Assembly (NCBI GenBank): GCA_963717505.1
Contig: OY970342.1
Location: forward strand, 1,472,001-1,536,000
Source: Candidatus Eiseniibacteriota bacterium
Lineage (GTDB): Bacteria > Eisenbacteria > RBG-16-71-46
Direction of reading: 5' to 3'
DNA: 64,000 bases
In this document: piece by piece, positions 9,245 through 18,940 of the stretch
Layout: every line of letters begins with the position of its first letter
How positions within the stretch are numbered: position 1 is the stretch's first letter
Made by a program: the position numbers and the translations under genes
Notes under the pieces: generated by a model
Database searches by the model: none
The model's input: the letters and a program-made list of their open reading frames with translations, nothing else
What the model was told of the DNA's origin: nothing

Positions 9245-10649
9245 GTTGCCTGCTTCGCCACCAGGCGTAAGCGGGCAGTCCGGCCGCGATCAGCACCAGG
9301 CCGAGCAGCGACTCCTTGGGTGCGACCACCAGCGTGCTGCCGGTGATCAGCAGCATGCCGAGCACGAACAGCGCGGGGACCAGGGGATAGCCCCACGCGC
9401 GATACGGGCGCTCCGCGTCGGGCCGGGTCGCGCGCAGACGGAACAGCGCGAGCCCGGTGGCGACGTGGAATAGCACGCCGCCGAACACCACGTAGGTGAA
9501 AAGCGCGGTGTAGCCGCCGGTGAGCGCCAGCGCCGCCGCCCACACTCCCTGGAGCCAGAGTGCGGCGACCGGCGTGTGATAGCGCGGGTGGATCGCTGCC
9601 ACCCGGCGGAAGAACACGCCGTCGGCCGCCATCGGCTGATAGATGCGCGATGAATAGAGAATGGTCGCCGCCAGACAGCCGAACGCCGAGATCGAAACCG
9701 CGGCCGCCACCAGTCGCGCCGCGCCCGCGCCGAACGTGGCCGCCGCACCTTCCGCGGCTCGCGACGTTGCCGCCAGCTTGTCGAGCGGCAGTGCTTTCAA
9801 ATACACCCAGTTGAGCGCCAGGTAGATGACGGTCACGATCACGAGGCCCGCGATCAGCCCGCGCGGCAACGAACGCGCCGGATCGCGCAGCTCGCCGGCG
9901 GCGAAGGTCGGCGAATACCAGCCGTCGAACGCCCACAACACCGCGACCAGGGCGACGCCGACCGCCACCACCATCTGCGAGAGCGTCATGGCTGGAAGTG
10001 GGACCGATTCCACCACCCCATTGCTGGTGAGCCCAAACCCGACCAGCGCCGCGATCGCGCCCAGCTTGATGAAGGTGAAGAAGTTCTGGACGCTGGCACC
10101 GCTGCGGACGCCGATCACGTTGGCCCAGGTCAGCAGCAGGATGGCGACCATCGCGGTGATCTGCGAGCCATGGACCTGCCACGCGCCCACCGACCACAGC
10201 ACGTGCTCGCTCGACAGCGCGGGCACGAAGGTTCCGAAGTAGTCGGCGAAGCCGACCGCGATCGCGGCGACGCCACCCGACATGATCACCAGCAGGCACG
10301 TCCAGCCGTAGAGGAACGCGGGCAGCGTGCCCCAGGCTTCGCGCAGGTAGTGGTAGGCGCCGCCCGCGCGCGGGTACATCGCCCCCATCTCGGCGAACGC
10401 GAGCGCTCCGGCCAGCGAGATCAGCCCACCGGCGAGCCAGGCGCCGAGTGCGAGCATCGGGTGCGGGAGCGCGCGCACCACGTCGCCGGCGGTCAGGAAG
10501 ATGCCGGTGCCGATGACGGCGCCGATGGTGAGCAGCGTGGCGTCGAGCGTGCCGAGGGCGCGTCGCAGGCCGGGTGAAGCGGCGTCGCGAACGTCGGGGC
10601 GTGAATTTGGCGCTAGGGCGCTGGCCGGGTCGCGAACCTGCTGGCTCAC
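9225..10649 (-). CDS. APC family amino acid permease
   Basis: IGTGIF, AEMGAMYPRAGG, AFDGW, RPYRAWGYP. Confidence 0.9.
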   Translation of the reverse strand: MSQQVRDPASALAPNSRPDVRDAASPGLRRALGTLDATLLTIGAVIGTGIFLTAGDVVRALPHPMLALGAWLAGGLISLAGALAFAEMGAMYPRAGGAYHYLREAWGTLPAFLYGWTCLLVIMSGGVAAIAVGFADYFGTFVPALSSEHVLWSVGAWQVHGSQITAMVAILLLTWANVIGVRSGASVQNFFTFIKLGAIAALVGFGLTSNGVVESVPLPAMTLSQMVVAVGVALVAVLWAFDGWYSPTFAAGELRDPARSLPRGLIAGLVIVTVIYLALNWVYLKALPLDKLAATSRAAEGAAATFGAGAARLVAAAVSISAFGCLAATILYSSRIYQPMAADGVFFRRVAAIHPRYHTPVAALWLQGVWAAALALTGGYTALFTYVVFGGVLFHVATGLALFRLRATRPDAERPYRAWGYPLVPALFVLGMLLITGSTLVVAPKESLLGLVLIAAGLPAYAWWRSRQPSSVSR

Positions 10650-10665
10650 GCGGCCGAACGTGTCT

Positions 10666-11520
10666 CTAGAAGACGTCGAGGCGCGGCGCGCGCGGGATCG
10701 CCCCGCTCGCCACGGCCTTGGCGTATAGATGGTCGAGCGCGCGGCGTCCGGTCTCGCCCATGTCGAGCGTGAGCTCGTTCACGTACATGTGCACGAACTT
10801 CCTGCCCTTCGCGACGTCGAGTCCACGACCGAACTGGAGCGCGTAGCGGATCGCATCGTCCTCGTGATCGTGCGCCGCTCGAATGCTGGCGCGAAAGCCG
10901 ACGCTCACCGCGTGCATCAGGTCCGGCCCGAGATCGCGACGGACGACGTCGAGACCGAGCGGCACCGGCAATTGGTCCCGCTCCCGCCACAGCTCGCCGA
11001 AGTCGAGCACCTTGGCCAACCCCTCGTCGCGATAGGTGAGCTGGCTCTCGTGAATGATGACCCCGGCTTCGACCTCGCCGCCGGCGACCGCGGCCGGAAT
11101 GCGATCGAACATTACCTCGACCGGGATCGCCTCGGGACACTCGGCGCGCAGCAGCAGCGCGGCGGTGGTCATCGGGCCGGGAATCGCCACCCGCTTGCCG
11201 CGCAGCGAGTCGAGCGTGCGCGGCTTGCGGGCGACCACGATCGGTCCGTAACCGAGTCCCATCGAAGCGCCGCATGCCAGCACCGCGTATTGCTCCGAAA
11301 GAAACGCGTAGGCGTGGGCCGAGACCGCAGTGATCTCGAGATCGGCGCGCTCGAGTGCCCGGCGATTCAGGCTCTGGATGTCCTCGAGCACGTGCTCGAC
11401 CGCGCAGCCCGGGATCGACGCGATTCCTGTCTGGAAGCCATAGAACATGTACGCGTCGTCGGCGTCGGGGCTATGGCCGAAACGCAGGGTGCGGAGCGCC
11501 GATGGACTGGTCGGAGTCAT
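10666..11520 (-). CDS. mqnD: 1,4-dihydroxy-6-naphthoate synthase-like (futalosine menaquinone pathway)
   Basis: GHSPDADDAYMFY, PGPMTTA, IIHESQLTY, PVPLG, MYVN. Confidence 0.8.
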   Translation of the reverse strand: MTPTSPSALRTLRFGHSPDADDAYMFYGFQTGIASIPGCAVEHVLEDIQSLNRRALERADLEITAVSAHAYAFLSEQYAVLACGASMGLGYGPIVVARKPRTLDSLRGKRVAIPGPMTTAALLLRAECPEAIPVEVMFDRIPAAVAGGEVEAGVIIHESQLTYRDEGLAKVLDFGELWRERDQLPVPLGLDVVRRDLGPDLMHAVSVGFRASIRAAHDHEDDAIRYALQFGRGLDVAKGRKFVHMYVNELTLDMGETGRRALDHLYAKAVASGAIPRAPRLDVF

Positions 11521-11536
11521 GAGTCGGCAGGATAAC

Positions 11537-12658
11537 TCATGACGCCCGCGCGTCGGCGCGCTCGCCCGCGAGCCGCCAGATCAGCCCGCGCACGCCATCG
11601 AGCCCCTCGCCGGTCAGCGCCGACACCACCAGGCAGCCGTCGAACTCGGCGCGCAAGCCGTCGACCAGAGTCTCGTCGGCGATTCGGTCCACCTTGTTGA
11701 ACACCATGACCACCGGGCGCGGCGTCTCCAAGATCTCCTCGAGCGCTTTCTCGACCGCCGCGATCTGCCGGCGCCAGTCGGGATCGGCGACGTCGACTAC
11801 ATGGAGCAGGAGGTCGGCCTCGATCGCCTCGACCAGCGTGCTGTGGAACGACGCCACCAGATGATGCGGCAGCTTGCGAATGAATCCGACGGTGTCGGTG
11901 ACCAGCGCCACGCGTCGTTCGGGGCTCACCATCTGGCGCGTGGTGGCGTCGAGGGTTGCGAACAGGCGGTTCTCGACGAACACCTGCGAGCGGGTGAGCG
12001 CGTTGAACAGAGTGCTCTTGCCGGCGTTGGTGTAGCCGACCAGCGCCGCGCGAAACTCGCGGCGGCGGCGGCGACGCTGGGTCTCGCGCTCGCGCTCGAC
12101 CGCGGCCAGTGCCCGCTTGAGCCGGGCGATGCGTTCGCGCACCAACCGGCGGTCGGTTTCCAGCTGGGTTTCGCCCGGTCCGCGGGTGCCGATGCCGCCG
12201 GCCTGGCGCTCCAGGTGCTTCCACATGCCGGTCAGCCGCGGCAGCGTGTACTCGAGCTGCGCCAGCTCGACTTGTAATCTTGATTCACGCGTTCTTGCAC
12301 GCTTCGCAAATATGTCGAGAATCAACTCCGAGCGATCCACGATTTTTCGCGACGTGGCCTTCTCGAGGTTTCGCACCTGCGCGGGCGACAGGTCGTCGTC
12401 GAAGATCGCGACGTCGGCATCGTGATCGGTCGCGAGCTTCTTCAGTTCTTCGACCTTGCCCTTGCCGATGAACGTAGCTGCACTCACCGATCCACGCCGC
12501 TGCGCGACAGTGCCGAGCACCTGGGCCCCGGCGGTGTCGGCGAGCAGGGCCAGCTCGGCGAGCGAGCGGTCGAGCATTCCGTCCCGCGCCGCGTGGCCGA
12601 CCAGCACGGCGCGTTCGGCGCGCGGTGGATTCACAATCTCGAAGTGTTTGGCTTTCAT
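11537..12658 (-). CDS. hflX: Ribosome-splitting GTPase HflX
   Basis: RGPGETQLE, GYTNAGKS, LFATLD, DTVGFI, NKVD. Confidence 0.95.
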   Translation of the reverse strand: MKAKHFEIVNPPRAERAVLVGHAARDGMLDRSLAELALLADTAGAQVLGTVAQRRGSVSAATFIGKGKVEELKKLATDHDADVAIFDDDLSPAQVRNLEKATSRKIVDRSELILDIFAKRARTRESRLQVELAQLEYTLPRLTGMWKHLERQAGGIGTRGPGETQLETDRRLVRERIARLKRALAAVERERETQRRRRRREFRAALVGYTNAGKSTLFNALTRSQVFVENRLFATLDATTRQMVSPERRVALVTDTVGFIRKLPHHLVASFHSTLVEAIEADLLLHVVDVADPDWRRQIAAVEKALEEILETPRPVVMVFNKVDRIADETLVDGLRAEFDGCLVVSALTGEGLDGVRGLIWRLAGERADARAS

Positions 12659-13869
12659 GCGCTGGGTCGGATCTCCATCTCGTAGGGCGCAGGGGTCATG
12701 TTCTCGTAGCGGCCGTCGGGGGTCATCGCCACCAGGTCCTCGATGCGCACGCCCATGCCGCGCGAGGGGTAGTAGAGCCCCGGTTCGATGGTCACCACCA
12801 TGCCCGGCTCGAGCCGCTGCGTATTGGCCGGCGGGCCGCCCAGGCGAGGTGCTTCGTGGACGTCGAGTCCGACGCCGTGGCCGACACTGTGGACATAGCC
12901 TTCTTCGGTACCCTGGTTGGTGCGAATCGTCGCGTGGCCGCGCAGCTCGAACACGTCGCACACCCGTTCCTGGAGCACGCGGCAGGGCTCGCCGACTTTG
13001 AGCGTGTCCATGGCGGCGGAGAACGCGGCGTGCGTGTCGTCGTACAGCTGCTTGAGTGCATCCGGTGCGCGTCCCATACAGAACGTGCGAGTGAAGTCGC
13101 TGTGGTAGCCGCCGCCGGCTTCGCCGGGGAAGATGTCGACGATTACCGGAGTCCCCGCGCGCAGCAGGTCTTTGTCGTTCCCACGGTTGTGCGGCACGCC
13201 GGCGTCACGCCCCTGGGCGACGATGCTCTCGCCGCCTTCGAGGCCATGTTTCAGGAACTCCGAGTGCAGCAGCGAGCGCAACGAGCCGAGCGTCACAGGT
13301 CCGCCGCCGTTCTTGAAGTGTTCGCCCTCGGGCCGGAGCTGCGCCAGGTGCTCGGTCAGTCGCTTCCAGGCGGCGACCACGGCACTCGAGGCGTGGCGAA
13401 TTGCGGCCAGCTCGGCATCGTCCTTGGTGGTGCGCGCCACCGACAGCAGGTCGGGAACGCCACGATCGATCTCGATTCCCGGCACCCGCTGGGTCAGCTC
13501 GTGGAGCAAGCTCCACGCATAGGCGGCCTCGAGGTCGCCGAACACCGCGACCCGGCCCATCATCGACATCGTGCCGATCATCTCGGCCATCAGGTCGGCA
13601 TAGCCGCCCGCGTGTCCGAGCCGGTCCATGCGCTGCATCAGGCCATGCTGCGACAGCGTCGAGTACTCGCAGCCGATCTTGGCCGCGTCGTCGCGCTCCA
13701 TCGGGTCGACCACCATGTGGGCGCGGCCGCTCGCCGTGCGAAAGTAGATCCCGCGGTGGATCTTGCGCCCGGTGGCGTAGTACATCGCCGGGCAATAGCG
13801 GTCGTTGGCGAATACCACCATGCCCGCCAGGCCGCGTTGCTGCATGAGGGAATCGAGGTCGCGTCGCAC
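12655..13869 (-). CDS. Xaa-Pro aminopeptidase (M24)
   Basis: DFTRT, GHGVGLDVHE, TIEPGLY, GVRIED. Confidence 0.9.
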   Translation of the reverse strand: MRRDLDSLMQQRGLAGMVVFANDRYCPAMYYATGRKIHRGIYFRTASGRAHMVVDPMERDDAAKIGCEYSTLSQHGLMQRMDRLGHAGGYADLMAEMIGTMSMMGRVAVFGDLEAAYAWSLLHELTQRVPGIEIDRGVPDLLSVARTTKDDAELAAIRHASSAVVAAWKRLTEHLAQLRPEGEHFKNGGGPVTLGSLRSLLHSEFLKHGLEGGESIVAQGRDAGVPHNRGNDKDLLRAGTPVIVDIFPGEAGGGYHSDFTRTFCMGRAPDALKQLYDDTHAAFSAAMDTLKVGEPCRVLQERVCDVFELRGHATIRTNQGTEEGYVHSVGHGVGLDVHEAPRLGGPPANTQRLEPGMVVTIEPGLYYPSRGMGVRIEDLVAMTPDGRYENMTPAPYEMEIRPSA

Positions 13870-13936
13870 GGGAGGGTCTCCGGGGGATCGAGTGGGGTGG
13901 GAGGACGGCGATGCTAGCCCACGGTCGATGAGATCG

Positions 13937-14620
13937 CTACCGAGACCCCGGTCGGCCTCGCGGCACGAAGAGCATCATTCCCAGATAGCCGAACGCGAAG
14001 CCCCCGATGTGCGCCCACCACGCCACGCCGCCGACGCGAGACCACGCCAGGGCGAGCGCCCCGCTGAAGAACTGGATCACGAACCACAGACCGAGCACGA
14101 CGATCGCAGGGAGTGCCGTGACCTGGAAGAAGGGGAAGAACGGGATCAGCGTGATCACGCGGGCGCGGGGGAACGCACGCATGTAGGCGCCGAGCACGCC
14201 GGCGATCGCGCCACTCGCGCCCACGGTGGGCGCCCCCGAACCCGGGTGCGCCGCAAAGTGCACCAGCACCGAGGCGATCCCGGCGGCGAGATAGAACGCG
14301 ATGTATCGGCCGCGGCCCAGGCGATCCTCGATGTTGTCGCCGAAGATCCACAGGTACCACATGTTGCCGGCGAGATGCGCCCAGCCGCCGTGCAGGAACA
14401 TCGACGAGAACAGCGTGGCGAGGACCGGCGGCAGCGGCTCTGCGCCGGCGCCGACGGCGTTGGCGAGCCGCAGCGGGACGAACCCCCAGTTCATGATGAA
14501 CGCGCGCAGGTCGGGGCCGAGCAGGATTTCGTAGAGGAAGGCCGCGACGTTGATCGCAATCAGGACCCAGGTCGCGATCGGGGTCGAGCCCGAAGGGTTT
14601 TCGTCGCGCAGCGGGATCAT
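13937..14620 (-). CDS. Rhomboid intramembrane serine protease
   Basis: MIPLRD, MFLHGG, GASG, AHIGG. Confidence 0.93.
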   Translation of the reverse strand: MIPLRDENPSGSTPIATWVLIAINVAAFLYEILLGPDLRAFIMNWGFVPLRLANAVGAGAEPLPPVLATLFSSMFLHGGWAHLAGNMWYLWIFGDNIEDRLGRGRYIAFYLAAGIASVLVHFAAHPGSGAPTVGASGAIAGVLGAYMRAFPRARVITLIPFFPFFQVTALPAIVVLGLWFVIQFFSGALALAWSRVGGVAWWAHIGGFAFGYLGMMLFVPRGRPGSR

Positions 14621-14691
14621 GGCGCCTCGGAGGAGCCTGGGTCCGATGCCCCGAGCCTGAGCCTGCCTGGTTTGGTCCAGGCTTCCGGAGT

Positions 14692-14720
14692 TTGACCGGC
14701 CCTGGACAGATTCCTATCTT
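14692..14720 (+). promoter_or_regulatory. Sigma70-type promoter for trxA
   Basis: TTGACC-N17-TATCTT. Confidence 0.65.
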
Positions 14721-14818
14721 CGGCGGGCTCGCAATTCGACCTTGGATCGATCGCTCCGCAGATGGCATCGGAAGGTGCGCTCAATTCCGCCAGTTTTCCA
14801 AGCAAGGGGGTTTTTCCC

Positions 14819-15142
14819 ATGGGTAATGCCGTCGCCATCAGCGAACGCGACTTCGATACCACTGTTCTCAAGTCCCCCGTGCCAGTCCTGGTGGATTTCT
14901 GGGCAGTGTGGTGCGGCCCGTGCCGCATGGTCGCCCCGGCCCTCGAAGAGATCGCCACCGAATACGCCGGACGGCTCAAGGTGGTCAAGATCGACGTCGA
15001 CGAGAACCAGGACGTCTCCATGCGCTACGACGTCCGCAGCATTCCGACGCTGATCCTGTTCAAGGGTGGCGAAGTGGCGGAGCGCCTGATGGGCGCCTAC
15101 CCCAAGCAGGCGATCCTGGCGAAGGTCCAGCAGCACCTGTAG
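14819..15142 (+). CDS. trxA: Thioredoxin
   Basis: DFWAVWCGPC, SIPTL. Confidence 0.96.
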   Translation: MGNAVAISERDFDTTVLKSPVPVLVDFWAVWCGPCRMVAPALEEIATEYAGRLKVVKIDVDENQDVSMRYDVRSIPTLILFKGGEVAERLMGAYPKQAILAKVQQHL

Positions 15143-16733
15143 CACCGCGCTTTTCCAGCGCGTGATCGCGCTCGCGCGCCAAGGCGCCGAGCGCCGAAGG
15201 AATCCGGTCCAGCAGATCCGCCGCCGTCATGCCGAGCACGCCTCGGGCTTCGGCGATTCGGTCGGCGGCGAGTCCGTGCAGGTACGCGCCGAGCCGCGCC
15301 GCGTCGTAGGGCGCGAGCCCCTGGCCGACCAGTGCTGCGATCACCCCGCACAGCACGTCCCCGGTGCCGGCGGTCGCCAACGCCGGACCCCCGCTCGAGT
15401 TGACGGTCGCATGGCCGTCGGGGCGCGCGGTCACGGTCGGCACGCCCTTGAGCACGACCACGGCACCCCAGATCGCCGACCACTTGCGCGCGACCTCGAT
15501 ACGATCACGCTCGATCGCCGCCGGGTCGAGTCCGGTGAGCCGGCTCATCTCGCCGACGTGCGGGGTGACGATGCGCGGCGCCGGCTCGCGGTCCCGGGCC
15601 GGCCTGCGGCCCGCGAACGCGTTCAGGCCATCGGCGTCGATCACCATGGGCACGCGTGCGCGCGCCGCCAGTTGGCGCGCCAGCTCGGCGGAGTCGGAAT
15701 CGCGTGACAGTCCCGAGCCGAGGGCCACGACATCGGACTTCTCCACCAGATCGAGCAGATCGGGCAATGCCGCCAGGCTGAGCGAGCGGCCCGGCGTTTC
15801 CGCGACCGGCACCGTCATCTCTTCGGTCAGCTTGATCTCGAGAATGTCGTTCAAGCTGCGCGGCACCGCCACGCGCACATAGCCGGCGCCGCTGCGCGAG
15901 GCCGCGCGCGCGGCCAACGCCACCGCTCCGGTCAGGCCAACCGATCCGCCGACCACCAGCACCCGCCCGACGCTGCCCTTGTGCGCCAGGGGCGGGCGGC
16001 GCGGCACCAGGTCCGCCATTTCCGGACTGTGCGCGATCTCGACCCGGCGCTCGGGATCGTCGTCGGCCCCCGAGCGATCCACGAGTCCGATGTCGACCAC
16101 TTCGAGCGCGCCGACGAAGGCGCGCGCTGGGTAAAGCCAGTGCCCGCGTTTCGGGAAACCGAAGGTCACGGTGAGGTCGGCGCGCACCGCACGCCGCGCG
16201 ATGGCGCCGGTGTCGGCGTCGACGCCGGTGGGCAGGTCGACCGCGATCACGTGCGTGCCCGCGTCGTCGAGCTGGCGCAAGGCCTCGACGCCTTCCGCCA
16301 TCAGGCCTTCGGGCTCGCCGCGAGCGCCGGTGCCGAGCAGGGCGTCGATCGCGAAGTCCCAGGCGTCGCGCGCCGCGCGCATGCCGTCGATGCCGGCGGC
16401 GTCAGCCAGGGCGTGCGCGCGGATGCCAGCAGCCTCCATCCGCTCGAGCTGGGTGCGGGCGTCGCCGCGCACGCGGTCGCGTGCGCCGAGCAGGCCGACG
16501 TGGACTTCGGCGCCGCGCGCCGCCAGGAAGCGGGCGACCACGAAACCATCGCCGCCGTTGTTGCCGGTGCCGCACAGCACGAGCACCCGATAGCCCAGCA
16601 TCGGGCCAAAGTGACGCTCGACGGCTGCCGCCACTCCGGCGCCCGCGCGCTCCATGAGATCGACGCCCGGAGTACCACCGTCGATGGTCGCGCGGTCGAG
16701 CCGCCGCATCTCCTCGGCGGTGACGAGTCGCAT
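15060..16733 (-). CDS. nnr: Bifunctional NAD(P)HX epimerase/dehydratase (YjeF)
   Basis: LMERAG, GNNGGDG, DLPTG, HKG, DADGLN, TPHVGE, GTGDVL. Confidence 0.93.
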   Translation of the reverse strand: MRLVTAEEMRRLDRATIDGGTPGVDLMERAGAGVAAAVERHFGPMLGYRVLVLCGTGNNGGDGFVVARFLAARGAEVHVGLLGARDRVRGDARTQLERMEAAGIRAHALADAAGIDGMRAARDAWDFAIDALLGTGARGEPEGLMAEGVEALRQLDDAGTHVIAVDLPTGVDADTGAIARRAVRADLTVTFGFPKRGHWLYPARAFVGALEVVDIGLVDRSGADDDPERRVEIAHSPEMADLVPRRPPLAHKGSVGRVLVVGGSVGLTGAVALAARAASRSGAGYVRVAVPRSLNDILEIKLTEEMTVPVAETPGRSLSLAALPDLLDLVEKSDVVALGSGLSRDSDSAELARQLAARARVPMVIDADGLNAFAGRRPARDREPAPRIVTPHVGEMSRLTGLDPAAIERDRIEVARKWSAIWGAVVVLKGVPTVTARPDGHATVNSSGGPALATAGTGDVLCGVIAALVGQGLAPYDAARLGAYLHGLAADRIAEARGVLGMTAADLLDRIPSALGALARERDHALEKRGATGAAGPSPGSPAWGRRPSGAPPLRHP

Positions 16734-16748
16734 GGGAGGTTCGACGCC

Positions 16749-17075
16749 CTAGCGCCGGCGCTGGCGGGTGCGCGCCTCGGACGCCAGGTCCTTCATCAGC
16801 TGCTCGCGGTACTCCGCCAGCCTGGCGATCGTTTCGGGCAGGGCCCCATCGGCCGAGATGAACGGCAGGTCGAACAACTCGGGATCGGCCTCCTGTTCGG
16901 TGTAGATGCGCTCCTGCTCGTGGCGCTGGAAGCTCGCCGCCTTCTCGATGGTGTCGAAGGTCTTTCCGGGCATGAACTTCTTGTTGAACACGTCGAAGAC
17001 GTAGACATGATAATGACCATCGATCTTGCCGGTCCCCTCGGGAGGCTGATGGACCTTGGTCTTCGCAGCCTTCAC
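16749..17075 (-). CDS. Hypothetical cytoplasmic protein, 108 aa
   Basis: Host-like codon usage; GTGA coupling to the HAD gene; no recognised family. Confidence 0.7.
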   Translation of the reverse strand: MKAAKTKVHQPPEGTGKIDGHYHVYVFDVFNKKFMPGKTFDTIEKAASFQRHEQERIYTEQEADPELFDLPFISADGALPETIARLAEYREQLMKDLASEARTRQRRR

Positions 17076-17776
17076 GGTTTTCCCCCTATGTGCGGTTGCT
17101 GGTTCAGTTGGTCCACGATGCGGACCAGTTCGAAGACGTCATCGATGTCGTGGTCGGCCCCGGATTGCTGGGTCTCGAACGTGTCTCCGTAACGCGCGAA
17201 CACCGTGCGCATCCCGAGGCTCTTGCCGCCGACTACGTCGCGCTCGGCCCAGTCGCCGACCATCAGCGCCTCGCCGGCGCCGACGCCCAGGCGCTCGAGC
17301 ACCCGGCGAAACGGCGCCGGATTCGGCTTGCGCTCGCCGGTGTCGTCGAAGGTGACCACCGCGTCGAACACGTGCTGGAGCGACAGCGAGCAGAGTCGCA
17401 GCCAGACCTGCGCTTGCGGCGCGTCCGACACCACGCCCAGCTTGATGCCGCGCTTGGTCAGCTCGAGCAGCGTCATGTGGACGTGGGGGTAGAGCACCAG
17501 CGCCGATTCCCGGCCGCGGCGGTAGGCGACGATTCCCGAGGCCAGGATCTTGGGGTCGATCCGTCCCAGCTCGCTTTCGAGCAGTTCGTCGAACACGCGC
17601 TGGTACTCGAGCCCCTGGGCCTGATAGATGCGGTCGATCCGCTCGCGCACCGCCTCGCGCGGCAGCGCCAGGCCGGCGTCGATCATGCCGTCGATCGCCG
17701 CATTCACCGCGTCGGCCTTCATCTTCATGAAGTCGACCAGGGTGTTGTCTAGGTCGAAGACGATGGCGCGGATCAC
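17072..17776 (-). CDS. HAD family hydrolase (subfamily IA)
   Basis: VFDLDNTL, VSD, KPNP, MVGD...D motifs. Confidence 0.9.
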   Translation of the reverse strand: MIRAIVFDLDNTLVDFMKMKADAVNAAIDGMIDAGLALPREAVRERIDRIYQAQGLEYQRVFDELLESELGRIDPKILASGIVAYRRGRESALVLYPHVHMTLLELTKRGIKLGVVSDAPQAQVWLRLCSLSLQHVFDAVVTFDDTGERKPNPAPFRRVLERLGVGAGEALMVGDWAERDVVGGKSLGMRTVFARYGDTFETQQSGADHDIDDVFELVRIVDQLNQQPHIGGKP

Positions 17777-17825
17777 GCCACGACCCGGCGTTCGAGCGGA
17801 GGAATTCTGCGGCCGCAGCCCTGAC

Positions 17826-18017
17826 TCACTTGGTGGAGATCCCGATCGTGCGCCCCAGGCTGATCTCGCCGTTGTCGATGCGGACGTTGAAGCCGCAGGC
17901 CGGGTTGCTGCAGACCCAGGCCTTGTAGTTGATCGGAGCACCATCCCGACCGTAGTCCGACAGCGGCAGCAACACGCCGTCATTGCACTTCCGGCAATCC
18001 GGGAATCCCGATTCCAT
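17826..18017 (-). CDS. Small zinc-ribbon protein, 63 aa
   Basis: CRKC...CSNPAC; strong AGGGAGGT SD upstream. Confidence 0.8.
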   Translation of the reverse strand: MESGFPDCRKCNDGVLLPLSDYGRDGAPINYKAWVCSNPACGFNVRIDNGEISLGRTIGISTK

Positions 18018-18088
18018 CCCACACCTCCCTAAGACCTACGCCCCGTCGACGAAGCGACCGGCATTGTAGGCCAGCCCGGCGGCGGTCG

Positions 18089-18817
18089 TCACGGCGAAGG
18101 CTCCGCGGCCGCCGGCGTTGCCAGCAGATTCGTGACGTCGTCCGCGGGGCGCTCGCACGGCCGCCCTTCGCCGTGCAGGTAGTGCGCGCGCGTGCGCGAC
18201 AAATGGACGACGGAGTACGACACGGTCGCCATGCGGCCGTCGTGGATGCACACGGCCGGCGGGTCGTGCTCGGCGAGCCGGGCGATCAGGCCGGCCTCGG
18301 CCTCGGCGGCCGAGTCCGGTTGCCATCCGGAGATCTCGCGCATCAATCGCGCGGTCCGCGGCTCGGTCGGATCGTCGAGATCGGCGTGGGTGAGGACGTG
18401 CCAGCCGGGGCCAATCTCCTGCCAGCGCGCGACCCCGTCCCACGCCAACAGCCAGGACCTCGTGGGCTCCAGCACGACCAGCGTGAATGGCGCGTAGGAC
18501 GCTTCGCGCAGGGCCGAGGCGGCCCGTTCGCGCGGGTGATCGGCGGCCGCGACGTTGAGGGTCAGGAGTCCACGCGAGCGCTGGGCCACTGGCAATCGCC
18601 CGGCCGGACGCCGGTTGAGCATCGCGACCGCCCGCTCCCGGCCGCGCACCGCGAGCCAGGTGCCCCCGGCGACCCCGTCGCGCCCGCCGACCACTCGCGG
18701 CTCGCGCAGCAGGACCCCCGGTGGTAAGGATGGCCGAGCCGGATCCTCGTCGCGGTTGGCGGCCAGGATCACCGAATCCGGCTCGAGAACGTCTCGGCCG
18801 ACGATCAGGGTGCACAT
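18089..18817 (-). CDS. NRDE/TANGO2 family protein
   Basis: N-terminal MC, AANRDE, GGTWL, SRG. Confidence 0.9.
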   Translation of the reverse strand: MCTLIVGRDVLEPDSVILAANRDEDPARPSLPPGVLLREPRVVGGRDGVAGGTWLAVRGRERAVAMLNRRPAGRLPVAQRSRGLLTLNVAAADHPRERAASALREASYAPFTLVVLEPTRSWLLAWDGVARWQEIGPGWHVLTHADLDDPTEPRTARLMREISGWQPDSAAEAEAGLIARLAEHDPPAVCIHDGRMATVSYSVVHLSRTRAHYLHGEGRPCERPADDVTNLLATPAAAEPSP

Positions 18818-18859
18818 GGGCCAACTCTAGGCGGCCGCCGCGAGGGTGCAAGCCGGCCA

Positions 18860-18888
18860 TTGATCGGCCGCTCCGGGGCCCATAGAAT
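18860..18888 (+). promoter_or_regulatory. Sigma70-type promoter for the exported-protein operon
   Basis: TTGATC-N17-TAGAAT. Confidence 0.6.
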
Positions 18889-18940
18889 CGGGGGCTCGCA
18901 TTCCACCCCAAGCCGTTCCCCCAGCGGCAGGAGCCCACCG

